Positions 57,998-60,016 of a DNA stretch of 60,016 nucleotides are shown piece after piece. Made by a program: the position numbers and the translations under genes. Location of the stretch: the NCBI GenBank assembly GCA_013696745.1, contig JACCXZ010000133.1:1-60016 (forward strand). Reading direction: 5' to 3'. Source of the DNA: Nocardioidaceae bacterium (lineage in GTDB: Bacteria > Actinomycetota > Actinomycetes > Propionibacteriales > Nocardioidaceae). Position 1 is the first letter of the stretch. Each line of letters begins with the position of its first letter. A model generated the notes under the pieces. The model was not told where the DNA came from and did not search any database. It was given only the letters and a program-made list of their open reading frames with translations.

Positions 57998-59398
57998 TCA
58001 TCCCTCCGTGCTGATGAAGACGTTCTTGACGTCGGTGAAGGAGTCCAGCGCGTCCGGACCCAGCTCACGACCCAGACCGGAGGCCTTGAACCCGCCGAAC
58101 GGGGTGGAGTAGCGCACGGAGGCGTGCGAGTTGACGCTCAGGTTGCCGGCCTCGACCCCGCGGCTCACCCGCAGCGCGCGACCCACGTCGCGGGTCCAGA
58201 TCGAGCCGGACAGCCCGTACACGGAGTCGTTGGCCATGGCGACCGCCTCGAGCTCGCCGTCGAAGGGCAGCACCGCGACGACCGGCCCGAACACCTCGTC
58301 GCGCCAGACCCGGGCGTCGGAGCCGTGCGGCAGCACGACGGTGGGCGGGTACCAGAAGCCGTCACCGCCGGGGGCCTCACCGCGGAAGGCCACGTCGACG
58401 CCGTCACCCTCGACGAAGGAGCGCACCTGCTCACGTTGACCGGGGCTGATCAGTGGCCCCATGTCGGTCGCGTCGTCGCCCGGGCTCCCCACCCGGACCG
58501 CTCGCACGGCGGGCTCCAACAGCTCGAGAAAGCGGTCGTACACGGGGCGTTCGACCAGGATCCGACTGCGTGCGCAGCAGTCCTGACCGGCGTTGTCGAA
58601 CGCGCCCATGGGCGCGGCCGCCGCAGCCTTGTCCAGGTCGGCGTCGGCGAACACGATGTTGGCACTCTTGCCGCCGAGCTCGAGGGTCACCCGGGTCAGC
58701 TGCTCCGCGGCCCCGCGCATGATCTGCTGCCCGACCCGGGTGGAGCCGGTGAAGCAGACCTTGCGGACGTACGGGTGGCTCACGAACCGCTCGCCGACGA
58801 CCGAGCCCGGTCCCGGCAGCACGCTGAGGACTCCTCCCGGGATGCCGGCCTCGAGCGCCAGCTCACCGAGCCGGATCGCGGTCAACGGGGTCAGCTCGGC
58901 CGGCTTGAGCACGACCGTGTTCCCGGCCGCGAGCGCCGGGCCCAGCCCCCAGCCGGCGATCGGCATCGGGAAGTTCCACGGCACGATCACGCCGACCACG
59001 CCTAGCGGCTCCTTGAACGTGACGTCGACACCGCCGGCGACCGGGATCTGGCGGCCGGACAGCCGCTCGGGTGCACCGGCGTAGTAGTCCAGCACGTCGC
59101 GGACGTTGCCCGCTTCCCAGCGCGCTTGGGAGATGGTGTGACCGGCGTTGCGGACCTCGAGCCCGGCCAGCTCCTCGACGTGCGCGTCGACGACAGCCGC
59201 GAAGCGGCGCAGCAGCCGGGCCCGGTCCGCCGGTGCGACGGCACGCCAGTCGGGGTACGCGGCATGCGCTCGCTCGATCGCGGCGTCGGTCTCCTCGAGT
59301 CCGGCCGACTCGATGCTGGTGAAGACCGCCCCGGTGGACGGGTCGACGACCTCGTGGAGCCCGTGCGGAGGCGGCCTGGTCGAAGGCGAGGAGCTCAC
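57998..59398 (-). CDS. NAD-dependent aldehyde dehydrogenase (aminobutyraldehyde-DH-like)
   Basis: 466 aa with VPWNFP, ELGGKSA and GQDCCARSR (catalytic Cys) motifs. Confidence 0.92.
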   Translation of the reverse strand: MSSSPSTRPPPHGLHEVVDPSTGAVFTSIESAGLEETDAAIERAHAAYPDWRAVAPADRARLLRRFAAVVDAHVEELAGLEVRNAGHTISQARWEAGNVRDVLDYYAGAPERLSGRQIPVAGGVDVTFKEPLGVVGVIVPWNFPMPIAGWGLGPALAAGNTVVLKPAELTPLTAIRLGELALEAGIPGGVLSVLPGPGSVVGERFVSHPYVRKVCFTGSTRVGQQIMRGAAEQLTRVTLELGGKSANIVFADADLDKAAAAAPMGAFDNAGQDCCARSRILVERPVYDRFLELLEPAVRAVRVGSPGDDATDMGPLISPGQREQVRSFVEGDGVDVAFRGEAPGGDGFWYPPTVVLPHGSDARVWRDEVFGPVVAVLPFDGELEAVAMANDSVYGLSGSIWTRDVGRALRVSRGVEAGNLSVNSHASVRYSTPFGGFKASGLGRELGPDALDSFTDVKNVFISTEG

Positions 59399-60016
59399 AG
59401 GCGCTCGAACCCTCGTACTCGCTCCCAGTCGGTGACTGCAGCGTCGAAGGCCTGCAGCTCCACGTCCGCAGCGTTGAGGTAGTGCGCGACGACCGCCTCG
59501 CCGAACACCTCCTTCGCGATGCTCGACGCGGCGAATGCGTCGCGCGCCTCGCGCAGCGTGTGCGGCACCTTCTCCTTGTCCGAGTCGTAGGCGTTGCCCT
59601 CGAACGCGGGCTCCAGCGCCACCTCGTGCTCGATGCCGTACAGGCCGCCGGCCAGCATCGCCGCCAGACCCAGGTACGGGTTCATGTCACCGCCGGGCAG
59701 CCGGTTCTCGATGCGCAGCCCCTTGCCATGGCCGACGGCGCGCAGCGCGCAGGTGCGGTTGTCCCAACCCCACGCGACGGCGGTCGGAGCGAACGAACCG
59801 GGCTGGAAGCGCTTGTAAGAGTTGATGTTCGGCGCATACAGGAGCGTGAAGTCCGCGAGTGTGTGCTGCACGCCGGCCACGAAGTGGCGAAACAGGTCGG
59901 TGGGTTCCTCGCCGTCGGCGAACACAGCGGCGCCGTCCGTGCCCTGCAGGCTCATGTGGACGTGGCAGGAGTTGCCTTCGGCCTCGTCGTACTTGGCCAT
60001 GAACGTCAGCGCCTTG
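59395..60016 (-). CDS. Glutamine-synthetase-family protein (gamma-glutamylpolyamine-synthetase-like), 5' end outside the window
   Basis: C-terminal GS catalytic domain (NSCHVHMSL, NRTCALRAV, ENRLPGGDMNPYL). The reading frame stays open to the window edge. Confidence 0.85.
   Translation of the reverse strand, partial: KALTFMAKYDEAEGNSCHVHMSLQGTDGAAVFADGEEPTDLFRHFVAGVQHTLADFTLLYAPNINSYKRFQPGSFAPTAVAWGWDNRTCALRAVGHGKGLRIENRLPGGDMNPYLGLAAMLAGGLYGIEHEVALEPAFEGNAYDSDKEKVPHTLREARDAFAASSIAKEVFGEAVVAHYLNAADVELQAFDAAVTDWERVRGFERL

Noticed and set aside
57641-59005. 454-aa plus-strand ORF
   Set aside because: It is antisense to the SDR and aldehyde dehydrogenase genes and is a shadow ORF.

Overview
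High-GC actinobacterial chromosome segment, almost entirely coding, mostly on the minus strand. From left to right it holds: dnaE1, GNAT, a decayed rhodanese gene, rluD, lspA, a DksA/TraR gene, and a T-box leader with ileS. A complete dcw cell-division and cell-wall cluster follows (divIVA, yggT, sepF, yggS, pgeF, ftsZ, ftsQ, murC, murG, ftsW, murD, mraY, murF, murE, ftsI, ftsL, rsmH, mraZ), then a MoxR/DUF58/transglutaminase triad. Next is a DNA-damage-response neighbourhood (dinB, a SAM methyltransferase, dnaE2, a HEPN-like ORF, a small conserved ORF and a type IB topoisomerase). The right end holds a tricorn-like protease, a small decayed accessory patch with a DUF222-HNH gene, and a gamma-glutamyl polyamine catabolism cluster. 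The best-supported non-routine signal is three minus-strand promoters matching the mycobacterial RecA-independent damage motif (TGTCGG..-N8-TAnnnT). Two of them are immediately followed by perfect TCGAAC-N4-GTTCGA LexA boxes. They sit in front of a HEPN-like/dnaE2/methyltransferase/dinB gene string, a small uncharacterised ORF, and the DUF222-HNH gene. Other notable items are an 80-nt double-hairpin element present at two loci, an ileS T-box with an apparent SD-sequestering helix, GTGG-type MraZ boxes overlapping the mraZ promoter, several short tandem or dispersed intergenic repeats, and three genes that read as frameshifted. I found no rRNA, tRNA, CRISPR array, transposase or integrase. All family assignments come from reading the translations, not from database searches.
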